This document shows positions 10,230 to 23,430 of a stretch of DNA of 64,000 nucleotides, in pieces. The first letter of the stretch is position 1. The number at the start of each line of letters is the position of its first letter. Source of the DNA: Raja brachyura. Its lineage: Eukaryota. The translations under genes were made by a program, and so were the position numbers. The stretch is from positions 42,408,001-42,472,000 of the forward strand of contig OY740805.1 of assembly GCA_963514005.1 (NCBI GenBank), in the 5' to 3' direction. The notes under the pieces were generated by a model. The model was given only the letters and a program-made list of their open reading frames with translations. It ran no database searches and was not told where the DNA came from.

Positions 10230-11601
10230 ACATCACACTTGCTATCGGTCGGTGCTGAATGAGTCCCGTTGAATCCTCAAATTCCACGTCATAAAACTCC
10301 AGCGAGCGCAGATGTAAATTCAGTCGAAGACCGCGGTAAAAAGCGAATACAGCGGCCCGGGTCTCTCCTTCCCTCACTTGTTCAATAGTGTTTCATTGCA
10401 ATTTGCACCGAAACGGAACAATAACATTATGAGTAAAAATAATGAACTGCAGATGCTGGTTTGCAAACGAAAAGACAGAAAGTGCTGGAGTAATTCAACA
10501 GAAGTAACCACCGGGTGGCGCCAGTAATTGTTGCTTCGCCAACGGTCCCTTCCTGCTTTAGTGTTTTTTACTATGTGTTAAATGGATGTTTTAGTGTTCT
10601 TGAGATGGGTTTACGCGGGGGGTGGGGGTGGGGCGATCAGGGGGATTTTTTTTTAAAATCTCTTACCTCGACGGAGATGCGATATTTTCCGTATCGTATC
10701 TCCGTCCGCACTGCGGCCTAACAACGAGGAGCTGGCAAAGTTTGCTGCAGACCGACTCCCGGAGCTCCATCCGTGGGAGCCTGCGGACTTACCAACGTTG
10801 ATCTTGGGATCCCTGTGGGAAATCGACCTGGGAGCTCCGACCGCGGCAGCCTGTGGACTTTAACATCATGGAGCTCACTCTGCTTAGAGTCCGACTTCAG
10901 GAGCTCCAAGCCGCAGGAGCTTCGATCGCCCCGACGCGGGAGTTTCGATCGCCGCCTGCGGGAGCTTCAACCGCCCCGACTGCGGATGGATCGACGGCCC
11001 CGTCTGCGGGAGAATAAGGGGGAAAGAGATACTACTTTATTGCCTTCCATCACAGTGAGGAATGTGGGGAATCCGCTGCGCTGGATGTTTGTGTTGCCTT
11101 TTATGTAGTTGTCTGCCGTGTTTTATTTAGTATGGTAAATCGAATTTCACTGTACCTCAATTGATTTATGTGACAATAAAATGACCTTGGCCTTGAGAAG
11201 AGGCAGGATCTCTGGTTGCGGGCCGGGGCCCTTCTTCAAACCAAGTTATTTATATAATAATTAATAATTACATTATTACTGGCAGCAGCCAAACAGGTAT
11301 GTGGAAACATTAGTCAATAGATAACATCAGACACAAACAAAGACGTTCAGTAAATAAAATAAATAATATTGGCCCAAATCAAAACACCAGCCCGAGGTCC
11401 CTAGTGCAGTGAAGACAGTTGGTTGTCGAATGTAGACACAAAAAGCAGCAGGAACTCAGCGGCTCAGGCAGCATCTCTGTAGAGAAGAAATAGGTGACGA
11501 TGCGGGTCGGGACCGAAGGTATTTTAAAATGTTGTTCATATTTGTAATTGTAGCTGTTTCTGTCGATTTATCCATGTCTCCCTCTGTAAGCCTCTCTCTC
11601 C

Positions 11602-11652
<51 letters not shown>

Positions 11653-11677
11653 TCCCCCCATCTTTCTCTCTCCCTCA

Positions 11678-11868
11678 NNNNNNNNNNNNNNNNNNNNNNN
11701 NNNNNNNNNNNNNNNNNNNNNNNNNNNNNNNNNNNNNNNNNNNNNNNNNNNNNNNNNNNNNNNNNNNNNNNNNNNNNNNNNNNNNNNNNNNNNNNNNNNN
11801 NNNNNNNNNNNNNNNNNNNNNNNNNNNNNNNNNNNNNNNNNNNNNNNNNNNNNNNNNNNNNNNNNNNN
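11678..11868. other. Assembly gap next to a (CT)n microsatellite
   Basis: N run. Confidence 1.
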
Positions 11869-11929
11869 GTCTCTCAGTCCGGACCCGATAGTCCTTCTGC
11901 TTCCATTCTTCACTCTGGTCCCTGAACTG

Positions 11930-12566
11930 GGAAGGCTGTGAAACCCAACTGGCGGGACTCATCAATGATCTAGCCAGGTCACACGATAACAAGGGTCAGA
12001 CTGATCTGATTTTATTAGACTTCAGTAAGGCTTTTGATAAGGTTCCCCACAAGTGGCTCCTATACAAGCTCAACCATGTAGGAATAGACAGCAACCTATT
12101 GAAATGGATTGAGATATTTTTGACCAGGAGACACCAGCGAGTTCACTAGGAGGGAGGGACATCTATTGAAACTCTGTGACATCAGGTGTACCACAGGGGA
12201 CTGTCATGGGTCCATTGCTCTTCCTACTGTGTATCAATGACATTCCAAATGCAGTTTCATCCAGAGTTCGACGCTTCACAGATGATGCCATAATTTATAG
12301 AGAGATTAAATCACCAGAAGACAGTTTGTCCTTATAGATGAATTTGATTGAACTCTGTGAGTGGAGAAAACCCTGTCAGATGTCATTCAATACAACCAAA
12401 TGTCATACCATGCATGTCTCACACAAGATTAACCCACGTTTATCAGAATTCAACAAGGGTAGCTACACAATGCTTGCTGTCGACCACCACCCATATCTGG
12501 GAGTCGAATTAAGCAAAGATTTAAGTTGGGCGACGCATATTAGTCAAGTGTCCAACAAAGCAAATA
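11930..12566 (+). mobile_element. Degraded LINE RT fragment (CR1/L2-group lineage distinct from the dominant CR1)
   Basis: CETQLAGLINDL...LDFSKAFDKVPH...SGVPQGTVMGPLLFLL...HPYLGVELSKDLSWATHI; truncated at both ends. Confidence 0.75.
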
Positions 12567-13336
12567 GACGGGGACTGGGGGGGGAAGCAGAGAATCAGAG
12601 AGTCCCCGGGGACCGGGGGGAGACTCAGGCAGCGCGGGCCCGGGATCGGGGGAAAGGCCGCTCGGCCTCGGGCACAGGCTGGCGGACAACTGGACGATAT
12701 CTCCGCCCCCCCCCCCCCCACACACACCCCTCCCCCCCCCCCCCTCCCTCGCCAACATCCCATGGACAAAAACATGTTTCCCGGCGTTTCCCAACTGAGG
12801 TGGAAGTGGAGGGGAAGCGGGTGAACGGTGAGAAATAATAACAAACTGCTGGAGGAAGTCCGCGGGTCAGGCAACACATGTGTAAGGAAATGGCAGAACA
12901 CGCCTAGGGTCTGGACGCTTCTTCATTCTCATGCTTCCCTCTGTTCCCTCCGTAGAAAGAGACAGGGGAAGGGGAGCAGCAAAATACTTTACTCTGTTTA
13001 TCTATGATTGTGTGAGAGTGTGTGTGTTTGAGTGTGTGTTGGAGTGTGTGAGTGTGAGAGAGAGTGTGTGGGCGTATGAGAGTGCATGTGTGAGTGTGTG
13101 TGCGTGTGTGTTAGAGCATGAGTGTGTGTTAGTGTGTGTGTTAGTGTGTGGAAGTGTGTCTGAGAGTGAGTGCGTGCGTGTGTCAGTGCGTGTGACTCTG
13201 TGTGTGTGTGTGTACATACACATGTGCATATATTTACCGGGCAACACTGGTAATGCTCGCTTAGTGCGTGTATAAATTGGGCAGAGCAGCATCTTTGTAG
13301 AGGTGAGGAGAGGTGGTGGAGCAAGACAGGTGGGTT

Positions 13337-14070
13337 CATAGAAACATAGAAACATAGAAACATAGAAAATAGGTGCAGGAGTAGGCCATTCGGCCCTTCG
13401 AGCCTGCACGCCATTCAATGTGATCATGGCTGATCATCCAACTCAGTATCCCGTACCTGCCTTCTCTCCATACCCCCTGATCCCTTTAGCCACAAGTGCC
13501 ACATCTAACGCCCTCTTAAATATAGCCAATGAACTGGCCTCAACTACCTTCTGTGGCAGAGAATTCCAGAGACTCACCACTCTCTGTGTAAAGAATGTTT
13601 TCCTCATTTCGGTCCTAAAGGAATTCCCCCTTATCCTTAGACTGTGACCCCTTGTTCTGGACTCCCCCAACATCGGGAACAATCTTCCAGCATCTAGCTT
13701 GTCCAACCCCTTAAGAATTTTGTAGGTTTCTATAAGATCCCCCCTCAATCTTCTAAATTCCATCGAGTACAAACCGAGTCTATCCAATCTTTCCTCATAT
13801 GAAAGTCCTGACATCCCAGGAATCAGTCTGGTGAATCTTCTCTGTACCCCCTCTATGGCAAGGATGTCTTTCCTCAGATTTGGAGACCAAAACTGTACGC
13901 AGTACTCCAGGTGTGGCCTCACCAAAACCCTGTACAACTGCAGTAGAACCTCCCTGCTCCTATACTCAAATCCTTTCGCTATGAATGCTAACATACCATT
14001 TGCTTTCTTCACTGCCTGCTGCACCTGCATGCCTACTTTCAATGACTGGTGTACCATGACACCCAGGTTC
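13337..14070 (-). mobile_element. Young 5'-truncated CR1 LINE
   Basis: Uninterrupted 204-aa ORF2 C-terminus (13443-14057: RPHLEYCVQFWSP, RTRGHSLRI) and (TTTCTATG)n tail. Confidence 0.92.
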
Positions 14071-14289
14071 AGGTGAGGGGAGGGGGTGGAGCAAGGCAGG
14101 TGGGTTCAGGTGAGGGGATGGGGGGTGGGGTGATTGGTAGAACGACCAGGTGGGGGCGAGAAGGGTGGAGACAGGAACCGAGGCTGGAGGTGATGAGCTG
14201 AAGACAAAGGGACGAGAATGATGGATTCTGATAAGAATTGAAGGCGTGGCTAGAAACGTAGAACCAGAGGGAGGTTGGAGCGCATTGGA

Positions 14290-15480
14290 TCCAAGAAGAG
14301 ATAGCTAATTGGATAGAACATTGGCTTCATGGAGGTAGGCCGAGGGTGATGAGGGAAGGTTGTTTTCCAGACTGGAGACCTGTGACAAGTGGTGTGCCTC
14401 ACGGTTCTGTGCTTATATCAATGATCTGGGTGAGAATGTACATGGCATGATTAGCAAGTTTACAGGTGACACAAAAGTGGGTGGTATTGTGGATAGTGAA
14501 GATGGTGGTCAAAAATTGCAGCAGGATCTTGATCGGTTGGGCAGATGGGCTGAGGAATGGTTGATGGTATTTAATACAGGATTAAATACAAACTTAATGT
14601 AGGAGTGCAGTAACATAGTTCCTTGAAAGTGGCGTCACAGGTAGATAGTGTGCTCATAAAGTGTTTCAGCACATTGGCCTTCATCAGTCACAGTATTGAG
14701 TATAGAAGTTGGGAGGTCACGTTGCGGATATATAAGACGTTGGTGAAGCCACATATGGAGAGTTGTGTTCAGTTCAGGGCACCATGTTATAGGAAATACG
14801 TTGTCAAGCTGTAAAGGGTACAGATAAGATTTACGAGGATGTTGCCAGGACTCGAGGGCCTGAGCTATAAGGAGAGGGTGAGCAGGCTAGGACTTTCCTC
14901 CTCGTAGCGCAGGAGGATGAGGGGTGAATCTGTAGAGGTGTACAGTATCGTGAGAGGAATAGATCGGGTAAACGTAATCGAGTCTCGTCCCTAGTGTGCG
15001 GGAATCAACAACCATAGGTTTAAATAAGGGGGGGGGGGGGGGGGGGGAAGGTAGATTCAATAGGTACCTGAGAGGGAACTCTTTTACACAAAGCTTGATG
15101 GGTATGTGGAACGAGCTGTTAGGAGTGGTGGTTGAGGCAGAAGTGTATACAATTATGACAGGCACAGAACGGGTGGACAGTCAGAACCTATTTCCCAGGG
15201 TGCAAATAATCAAAGACGAGGGACATAGCTTTAAGGTGAGAGGGGCAAAGGTTAAAGGATTTGTGCGGGGCAGGCTTTTTTTTACAGTGTGGGGAGTACC
15301 TGGGATGTGCTGCCAGGGGTGGTGGTGGAGGCAGATACGATAGTGGCATTTTAGATAGACACTTGGATATACAGGGAATGGAGGGATATGGATTATGTGC
15401 AGGCAGATAAGAGCTGGTCTTCGCACCATGTTCTGCACAGACATTGTGGGCCGAATGGCCTGTTCTTGTGCTGTCCTGTT
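14290..15480 (+). mobile_element. Degraded CR1 fragments
   Basis: ISKFTGDTKVGG and KPHMESCVQF; several frameshifts. Confidence 0.8.
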
Positions 15481-15573
15481 CTACGTTATATTGAACGAAT
15501 TGATGATCTGCACTTTAGCCGACATAACACACACCAGATGGTTTTATTGAATTGTACATCAGCCTGTACTTAC

Positions 15574-15600
15574 CATAATATCATTCCACGTCCTCGTATC
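15574..15600 (-). pseudogene. 27-nt cytoplasmic mini-exon of BTN-like gene B, with in-frame TGA
   Basis: tttctgttttgtgcag|GATACGAGGACGTGGAATGATATTATG|gtaagt; phase-1 reading GYEDVE*YY. Confidence 0.6.
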
Positions 15601-15939
15601 CTGCACAAAACAGAAATATTTCATGTTTTCACTGCAACTAAAATTGGAAATAAAATAATGAGAGCGGGAGCAAGGAACAAAGAGGGGGGGGGGGGGGGTA
15701 CAGTGACACAGCTCTTCACAGCTACAGGGACCTGGGTTCAATCCTGAATTTGAATAGCTAGATACTAAGTTGGACAGCAGAACCAAGAAGGTAATAATCT
15801 CTGGATTGCTACTTGAGCTGAGAGCAAATTGGCATAGAGTTGAGAGGATTAGAGAGTTGAACGCGTGGATCAAAGACTGATGTGGAAGATGTGGATTTGA
15901 ATCTGTGGAACATTGGCCCCAGTATTGGGGAAGGAGGGA

Positions 15940-16282
15940 ACTGTTGATGTGGACAAGCTTTTCCCTTTGAGAATAGGGAAGATTCAAACAAGAGGACATG
16001 ACTTTAGAATGAAGGGACAGAGGTTTTGGGGTAACATGAGGGGGAACTTCTTTCCTCAGAGAGTGGTAGCGGTGTGGAATGAGCTTCCAGTGGAAGTGGT
16101 GGCGGCAGGTTCGTTGGTATCATTTAAAAATAAATTGGATAGGCATATGGATGAGAAGGGTATGGAGGGTTATGGTATGAGTGCAGGCAGGTGGGACCAA
16201 GGGAAAAAAAGTTGTTCGGCACGGACTTGAAGGACCGAGATGGCCTGTTTCCGTGCTGTAAGTGTTATATGGTTATATGGTT
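15940..16282 (+). mobile_element. CR1 3'-end fragment
   Basis: DKLFPL...TRGHDFRMKG...QRVVAVWNELP and a (TTATATGG)n-like tail. Confidence 0.8.
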
Positions 16283-16393
16283 AGACACAAAATGCTGGAG
16301 TAACTCAGCGGGACAGGCAGCATCGATGGAGAAAAGGAATGGGTGACGTCTCACGTCGGGACCCTTCTTCAGTCTATATAACTAGGGCTGCAG

Positions 16394-16551
16394 NNNNNNN
16401 NNNNNNNNNNNNNNNNNNNNNNNNNNNNNNNNNNNNNNNNNNNNNNNNNNNNNNNNNNNNNNNNNNNNNNNNNNNNNNNNNNNNNNNNNNNNNNNNNNNN
16501 NNNNNNNNNNNNNNNNNNNNNNNNNNNNNNNNNNNNNNNNNNNNNNNNNNN
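16394..16551. other. Assembly gap
   Basis: N run. Confidence 1.
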
Positions 16552-16559
16552 GGAGGGTG

Positions 16560-17790
16560 GGGGGGATGATGCAGGACAAGTGATAATGGAGAATACAGAA
16601 AAGGAAGAAGAATATTTTTTTACATTAGTTTTGACAGTAGAAGGTACCATCAGCATGTCTTAAATTCAAGCGAGTCAGAGGGTGGAAGTTGGTGAAGTGG
16701 CTATTACTAAGGAGAAGGTGCTTGGGAAGCTGAAAGGACTGGTGGTGGATAAGTCACCTGGACCGGATGAACTTCATCCCAGAGTTCTTAAAGAGGTTGC
16801 TTTAAAGATTGTGGATGCATTAATACATAGATATATGCAAAGCATTTGTGATATTTCAAGAATCACTGGAGTCAGGAGTGGTTCCATACGACTGGCTGCA
16901 CAAGAAGGGAGCAAAGCAGAATATTGGGAACTACAGGCCGGTTAGTCTGACTTCGATGGTTGGTAAGATTTTAGAGTCCCTTATAAAGGCTGAGCTTATG
17001 GAATACTTCGTAAGGTCAAAGTCAGCTGTTTTGTGAAGGGGAGATCTTGCCTGACGAATCTACAGGAATATTCTGGTTGGCTGCCAGTGATTAGTGTAGT
17101 TCTGTGGGGATCGGTGCTGGGGCCGCTACTCTTCACGTTGTGTATTACTGATTTGGATGAGGGGATTGAAGACTTTGTGGCCAAGTTTGCGGATGATATG
17201 AAAATGTGTGGAGGGGCAGGAAGTGTAGAGAAAGCAGGGACTCTACAGAAGGACCTGGACAGGTTGGGAGAGTGGGCAGAGAAGTGGCGGATGTAATGTA
17301 GTGTAGCAAAGTGTGGAGTCTTGCATTGTAGTGGTAGGAATAAAGGCATAGACTATTTTCTAAATGGGGAGATAATCCACAAATCGGTGGTGCAAAGCGA
17401 CTTGGGAGTGCTGGTGCATGATTCCCCAAACATTAATCTGCAAGCTGAATCGGTAGTAAAGAAAGCGAACGCATGCCAGCATTTGTTTCTAGAGGGCTAG
17501 AATACAAACACATGGATGTAATGCTGAGGTGCTTGTCAGGCCGCATTTGGAGCAATTTTGTGCCCCATATCTGTGGAAGGATGTGCTGGCTCTGGAGAGC
17601 GTCCAGGAGAGGTTTAAAAGAATGATCACGGGATTGGGTTAGCCTATGATCAGCGTTTTTCCGAACTGGGCCTGTACTCGCTGGAGTCTAGAAGAATGAG
17701 GGGGGACCTCATTGAAACTTACGGAATAATGAAAGGCTTGTATAGAGTGGATGTGGAGAGGATGTTTCCACTAGTCGGAGAGTTTAGGAT
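16560..17790 (+). mobile_element. Degraded CR1 ORF2 with internal deletions
   Basis: KSPGPDELHPRVLKE, NYRPVSLTS, GSVLGPLLF and FADD. Confidence 0.85.
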
Positions 17791-18118
17791 AGACACACAA
17801 AGCTGGAGTAACTCAGCGGACAGGCAACATCTCTGGAGAAAGGGAATGGGTTCATTCGTGGTCTGAAGGATCACTTCCTGTACTGTTCTATATTCTTTGT
17901 TTTGTTCTGAGACTAGTCACTCGACATAGATTCGCCACGTTCTCTGATAGCATGATTGAGATATCAAAATCATTTTCTGGGTTAAAACATCTCTCCTCGG
18001 ATTCCCTCATATCTACCGCGGGAAATAAGATGTTGACACTCTATCCTATCGTTGCCTCTCATAATCAGACTGTTTGGGCTGAATGGCCCGTTCCTCTGCT
18101 GTCTCGGAAATATCTTAC

Positions 18119-18145
18119 CTTCCAAAGAGAGAAACAGCTGCAGTT
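18119..18145 (-). pseudogene. 27-nt heptad-type mini-exon of BTN-like gene B
   Basis: cttcttgttttcag|AACTGCAGCTGTTTCTCTCTTTGGAAG|gtaaga; phase 1-1, reads ELQLFLSLE. Confidence 0.65.
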
Positions 18146-18789
18146 CTGAAAACAAGAAGCAGGGACATGTCAGTGAGTGAGGCCGGCAGCACGTTCCACG
18201 CTGTGCACAAACAGAGCGCAATTCACACGGTGCCCTCTGGATTGAGATACTGCGCTAGGAGGTGGGGCACAAGGACCCCACATTCACCAGAGCCAGAGGA
18301 GACGGTGATGGAGACAAACTCCACCTGCAAATGACCGCAAGGACACTGCGCACCGAGACTTCCTCCAAGAACCTTCCCCATGTGGCAAGGCTTGCTCTTC
18401 CTCCACCCTTTAGGCCGTGAATCCCACAGCCTTCACACGGGTTGTGTGAATGGGATTTTCCCACTTCCTTTCTGCACCATCTGCTGTGGCTCAGTGAGGT
18501 TTTCTCCTCTCGCCTCGGTCGCAATGTTGAGCTTCAGCAACTCGAGTCGTAACTCCAGCTGTCGCTGCGGTGCTGAGCCGAGGAAACCACCAGAGGAGCC
18601 TTCAGTTGGCCCAGTCGTAAACCTGTGGGTTTTGTCACACCAATGTGGAATATACAACAGTGGCATTAGGGCTCTCATGCTAATGTTTATACTTGATCAG
18701 ACCTTTCTCAAACAACAGGGCCAGGTCGTTGCTCGGAGAGAGCTTGTGGTGATTACACCAACTTATCTCTTCTGACTTCTGAGGGAGAG

Positions 18790-19215
18790 ATATTGTACTC
18801 GCTGGAATTTAGGAGATTGAGGGGGGATCTTATCGAGACTTACACAATTCTTCAGAGGTTGCACAGGCTAGATGCAGGAATATTGTTCCCGATGTTGGGG
18901 AAATCAGGAACAAGTGGTCACAGTTTAAAGATAAGAGAGAAGTCTTTTAGGACCGAGATGAGAAGATCATTTTTCACACACAGTGTTGAGTCTGTGGAAT
19001 TCTCTGCCACAGAAGGTAGTTGAGGCCTGTTAATTGGCTATATTTAAGAGGAGTTAGATCTGGCCCTTGTGGCTAAAGGAATCAGGGGTATTGCGGAGAA
19101 GGCAGGTACAGGATATTGAGTTGGATGATCAGCCATGATCATATTGAATGGCGGTGCAGGCTCGAAGAGCCGAATGGCCTACTCCTGCACCTATTTTCTA
19201 TGTTTCTGTGTTTCT
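18790..19215 (+). mobile_element. CR1 3'-end fragment
   Basis: YSLEFRRLRGDLIETY and the CR1 3' UTR/tail. Confidence 0.85.
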
Positions 19216-19339
19216 ATATTTCATGATCGGTTATTGTACTTCGAAGGACACCTCAATGATTTGAGATCGACACAAAATGCTGGCGTAACAGCGGGGCAGG
19301 CGGCATCTCTGGAGAGAAGGAATGGGTGACGTTTCGGGT

Positions 19340-21065
19340 CATGGAAACATAGACAAATATGTACAGGAATAGGATATTCGGCCCTTTGAGCCAGTACCGC
19401 CATTCAATATGATCGTGGCTGATCATCTAACATCGGTACGCAGTTTCGGCTTTTCTCCCATATCCATTGATTCCTTTAGCCCTAAGAGCTAAATCTAACT
19501 GTCTTGAAAACATCCAGTGTACTGGCCTCCACTGCCTTCTGTGGTAGAGAATTGCACAGATTCACAACTGTCTGGGAGAATTATTTTCCCCGTTTCAGAG
19601 CTAAATGGCCCACCCCTTATTCTTAAACTGTGACGCCTGGTGCTAGACTCCCCCAACATCGGGAACATGTTTCCTGCATCTAGCCTGTTCAATCCTTTAA
19701 GAATTGTATATGTTTCGATAAGATCCTCTCGCATCTTACAGTGAATTCCAGTGAAATTCTTGCTTTGCTTCAGCACAACAGAACATAATAGGCAGTGACT
19801 ACAAAACAGATCAGTGTGTCCATATACCAATATATACGTAAATACACACATGAATAAATAAACTGATAAAGTGCAAATGACAGACAATGGATTATCAATG
19901 TTCAGAGTTTTGTCCGAGCCAGGTTTAATAACCTGATGGCTGTCGGAGAGTAGCTATTCCTGAACCTGGTCGTTGCAGTCTTCAGGCTCCTGTACCTTCT
20001 ACCTGAAGGCAGCATGGAGATGAATGTGTGGCTAAGATGGTGTGGGTCCTTGATGATGTCGGTCCCGCCATCCCGGGAATTAGCCTGGTGAACCTAAGCT
20101 GCACTCCCTCAATAACAAGAATGTCCTTCCTCAAATTAGACCAAAATTGCACACAACATTCCAAGTGCGGGCTCACCAGGGCCCTGTACACCTGCAGAAG
20201 GACGTCCTTGCTCCTAAACTCAAATCTTCTGGCAATGAAGGGCAGCGTGCTATTAGCGTCCTCCACTATCTGCTATACCTGCATGTTTGCTTTCAGTGAC
20301 TGATGTACACGCACAACCAGGTCTTGTTGCACCTCAACTTTTCCTAATCTGACACCATTCAGTTAAGAATCTGCCTTCCTGTTCTTGCCACCAAAATGGA
20401 TAACCTCACATTTATCCACATTATATTGCATCTGCCCACTCACCCAAGCTGTCCAAGTCACCTGCGGCCTCATATCATCCTCATCGCAGTTCACACTGCC
20501 ACCCAGCTTTGTGTCATCCGCAAACTTGGAGATGACACATTTCATTACCTCGATTAAATCGTTTAGATATATTGTAAATAACGGGGGTCCCAGCATCGAG
20601 CCTTGCGGCACCCTGTCATTCTGAAAAGGACTCATTAATTCCAACTCTTTGCGTCCTGTCTGCCAACCAGTTCTATATTCATGTCAATACACTACTCCCA
20701 ATATCATGTGCTCTTATTTTGCACGCCAATCTCTCGTGTGAGACCTTGTCAAAGGCTTTTTGAAAGTCCAGATGCACCACATCTCCCTTTTCCATTCTAC
20801 TTGTTACACCCTCAAAACATTCCAGAAGATTATTCAAGCATGATTTCCCCTTCATAAGTCCATGCTGACATTGACCAATCCCATCACTGCTGTCCAAACG
20901 CACTGCTGCACCATCTTTAATAATCGACTCCAGCATCTTCCCCACCACCGATGTAAGGCTAAGTGGTCTACAATTCCCCGTTTTGTCTCTCCGCCCTTTC
21001 TTAAAAAGTGTAGTTACATTGGATAACCTCCATTCCACAAGAAATGATCCAGATTCGAGAAAACA
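19340..21065 (-). mobile_element. Degraded CR1, interrupted by another repeat at ~19740-20055
   Basis: WRLSNVTTLFKKG, DFQKAFDKV, PQGSMLGP, FADDTKLGG and the 3' tail near 19340. Confidence 0.85.
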
Positions 21066-21317
21066 TTGGAGACCCTTCTTCAGACTGAGTCAGAGGAAAA
21101 GGAAACGAAAGATAAGGAAGGGTGAGATGTGAAAACGAGAGGTTAAATGGGATGCAGATCAAGAAAAAGGTAGGATAGATAATTGTTAGCCAGAGAAATG
21201 TACCAACAAAGCATACGGACTGAGCGGAGGTTTTCATCGAAACAGTCGTTAACTCCATAACTTTATCCAGTCACTGTTAACAGACAATTGAATGGCGCTC
21301 GGGGCAAGGAGATTCGA

Positions 21318-21635
21318 GGGCGGCAAGGTGGAGCAGCGGTAGAGTTGCTGCCTTACAGCGAATGCAGCGCCGGTGACCCGGGTTCGAACCTGACTACCGG
21401 CGCTGTCTGTACGGAATTTGAACGTTCTCCCCGCGACCTGCGTGCGTTTTCTCCGAGATTTCCTCCTACATTCCAAAGTGTTAATGTGTGGGAGCAGCTG
21501 GTCTTTGGGATTGGGAGAAAAGTGGTGCACCGGAGAAAACCCACGCGGTCACAAGTACAATGTACAATCTCCATATAATCAGCTTCCGTAGTCAGGAATG
21601 ACCCAGGACTCTGGCGCTGTGAGGCAACTACTCTA
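21318..21635. mobile_element. tRNA-SINE copies in inverted arrangement
   Basis: Plus copy 21318-~21480 (GGTTCGAACC B-box) followed by a minus-strand partial copy at ~21525-21635. Confidence 0.7.
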
Positions 21636-22440
21636 TCATTGGCTATGAGCGTTTATATTGACGTAGTGCCTTGAGAAAGAAGGCATGCACTTTACAAGGT
21701 GGTCATTGTGTCAGGTCATGTGTTTGGTGTATGGCCAGTTAGATATCAGTGGCAGCGCAAAGTGGAGACGTGGCCAAAGACCTGGACCCAGATGTGATGG
21801 AGGAGGGTGGAGAGTAGACAGTGGGCAGGTGTGGCCGCAGATAACAAGCAAATGCAGATGCTGGTTTATTCACAAAACAACGAGGTATCTCAGCGGATCA
21901 AGCAGCATCTCTGAAGAAGGATTCCGACCTGAAACGTCACCCATCCATTTTCACCAGAGATTCTGCCCGCAGCATAATTCCCGCATTTTGTGTCTGTTTG
22001 TGGTCTCCGATAGTTCTCCAGCGAGAGACCCTCTGGGCTCAAACAAGAAAAGCGGTACCTTGGGAATGAGACCAGAGCAGCAGAGTGCTGGCGGGTCCAC
22101 GCGAACGGTAATGCCTTTACCTTTTGTAGAATGTTTCCCAGGTTCCCACGTACCTGATATCCGGAGATGTGTCTCTCGTCTTTTCCCCGTTGACCTACTT
22201 CGTATGTTACAGGAATACCTGTTCACAGAATCACTTGTGACATTGATGTGACTGTGGACAGTGATCAGCCCGCTGGACTCCTCAGTGAACAGTGTCAGAC
22301 CGTGCTGTTACATCTTGTCCACTCCCATCCAGCCCCCGTATCTCCGGCTTGGGAAACCATCCATCCGACTAACACACCACACGCACTCTTTGCGTGGTGC
22401 TTTCCTCCAAGCGGATCCAGGGCCGGAGGCCAAATTCTGC

Positions 22441-23430
22441 AATGAATGAATGGATGAATGAATACGTTTATTGGCCAAGTATTCACATACAAGTAATTTG
22501 CCTTGGTGCTCCGCCCACAAGTGACAGCATGCCATACAGTGACAGTTGGAAATTACACATAAAACATTATACATTAATAATAAAATATTAATGATTAAAC
22601 ATGTGAATGAAATAAAATACCAGAGCAAAAGGACGCTACATATTTTTGGTTTTTAGTAGAGGTACTACTCGTGGAAAAAAAAGTAGTTTTTATGTCTGAC
22701 TGTGGCAGCTTTGGCAGTCCGGAGTCGCCTTCCAGAGGGAAGTGATTCAAAGAGTTTGTGGCCACGGTGAGAGGGGCCAGAGATGATCTTACCCGCTCGC
22801 TTCCTGGCCCATGCAGTGTACAGTTAGTCAGCCAACAACCTTCTCAGCTGATTCGACGATTCGCTGCAGCCTCTGTATGTCGTGCTTGGTGGCTGAGCTA
22901 AACCAGACCATGATGGAGAAGGTGAGGACAGACTCTACGATAGCCACCATTGCCTGTGACAGATTGTGCTTCCTCAGCTGCCGCAGGAAATACAACCTCT
23001 GTTGTGCCTTTTTGACTGTGGAGTCCATGGAGGCCCCCCATTTCAGGATCTTGGAGATGATGGTTCCAAGGAACTTAAAATACTCCACAAATGTGACTGT
23101 GGTGTTGTTGATGGTGAGCGGGGAAGGAGAGGGGTGGTTCTCCTAAAGTCTACAATCAATTTCACTGTCTTAAGGGCATTCAGCTCCAGGTTGTTGCGAT
23201 GGCACCAGGACGCCAGCGGTGACACTTCCTGTCTGTAGGCAGATTCCACCCCATCCTGGATCAGTCCAATCAGGGTTGTACCATCCGCAAACTTGAGAAG
23301 ATTGACAGAGGAGTCAGTGGAGGTGCAGTCATTGGTGTAGAGAGATTAAAAGAGAGGAGTGGGTACGCAGCCTTGCGGTGCTCCTATGCTGAGGGTTTGT
23401 GGGTCCGAGGTGCTTTTTCCAGCCTACCAT
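22441..23430 (-). mobile_element. Rex1/Babar-like LINE, 5'-truncated
   Basis: GAPQGCV, KFAD, WCHRNNLELNALKT, FKFLGTIIS...VKKAQQRLYFLRQL and a 3' (CATT)n tail ending at 22441. Confidence 0.8.

Noticed and set aside
10515-11185. GC-rich segment with short internal tandem repeats and ORF 10773-11108
   Set aside because: Looks like an interspersed repeat; no recognisable protein motif, and I cannot assign the family.
13239-13270. Possible additional minus-strand mini-exon of gene B
   Set aside because: A donor (gtaaat) is present but there is no clear AG acceptor at the expected position.
13443-14057. Intact 204-aa ORF as a host gene
   Set aside because: It is the C-terminus of CR1 ORF2 in a 5'-truncated copy.
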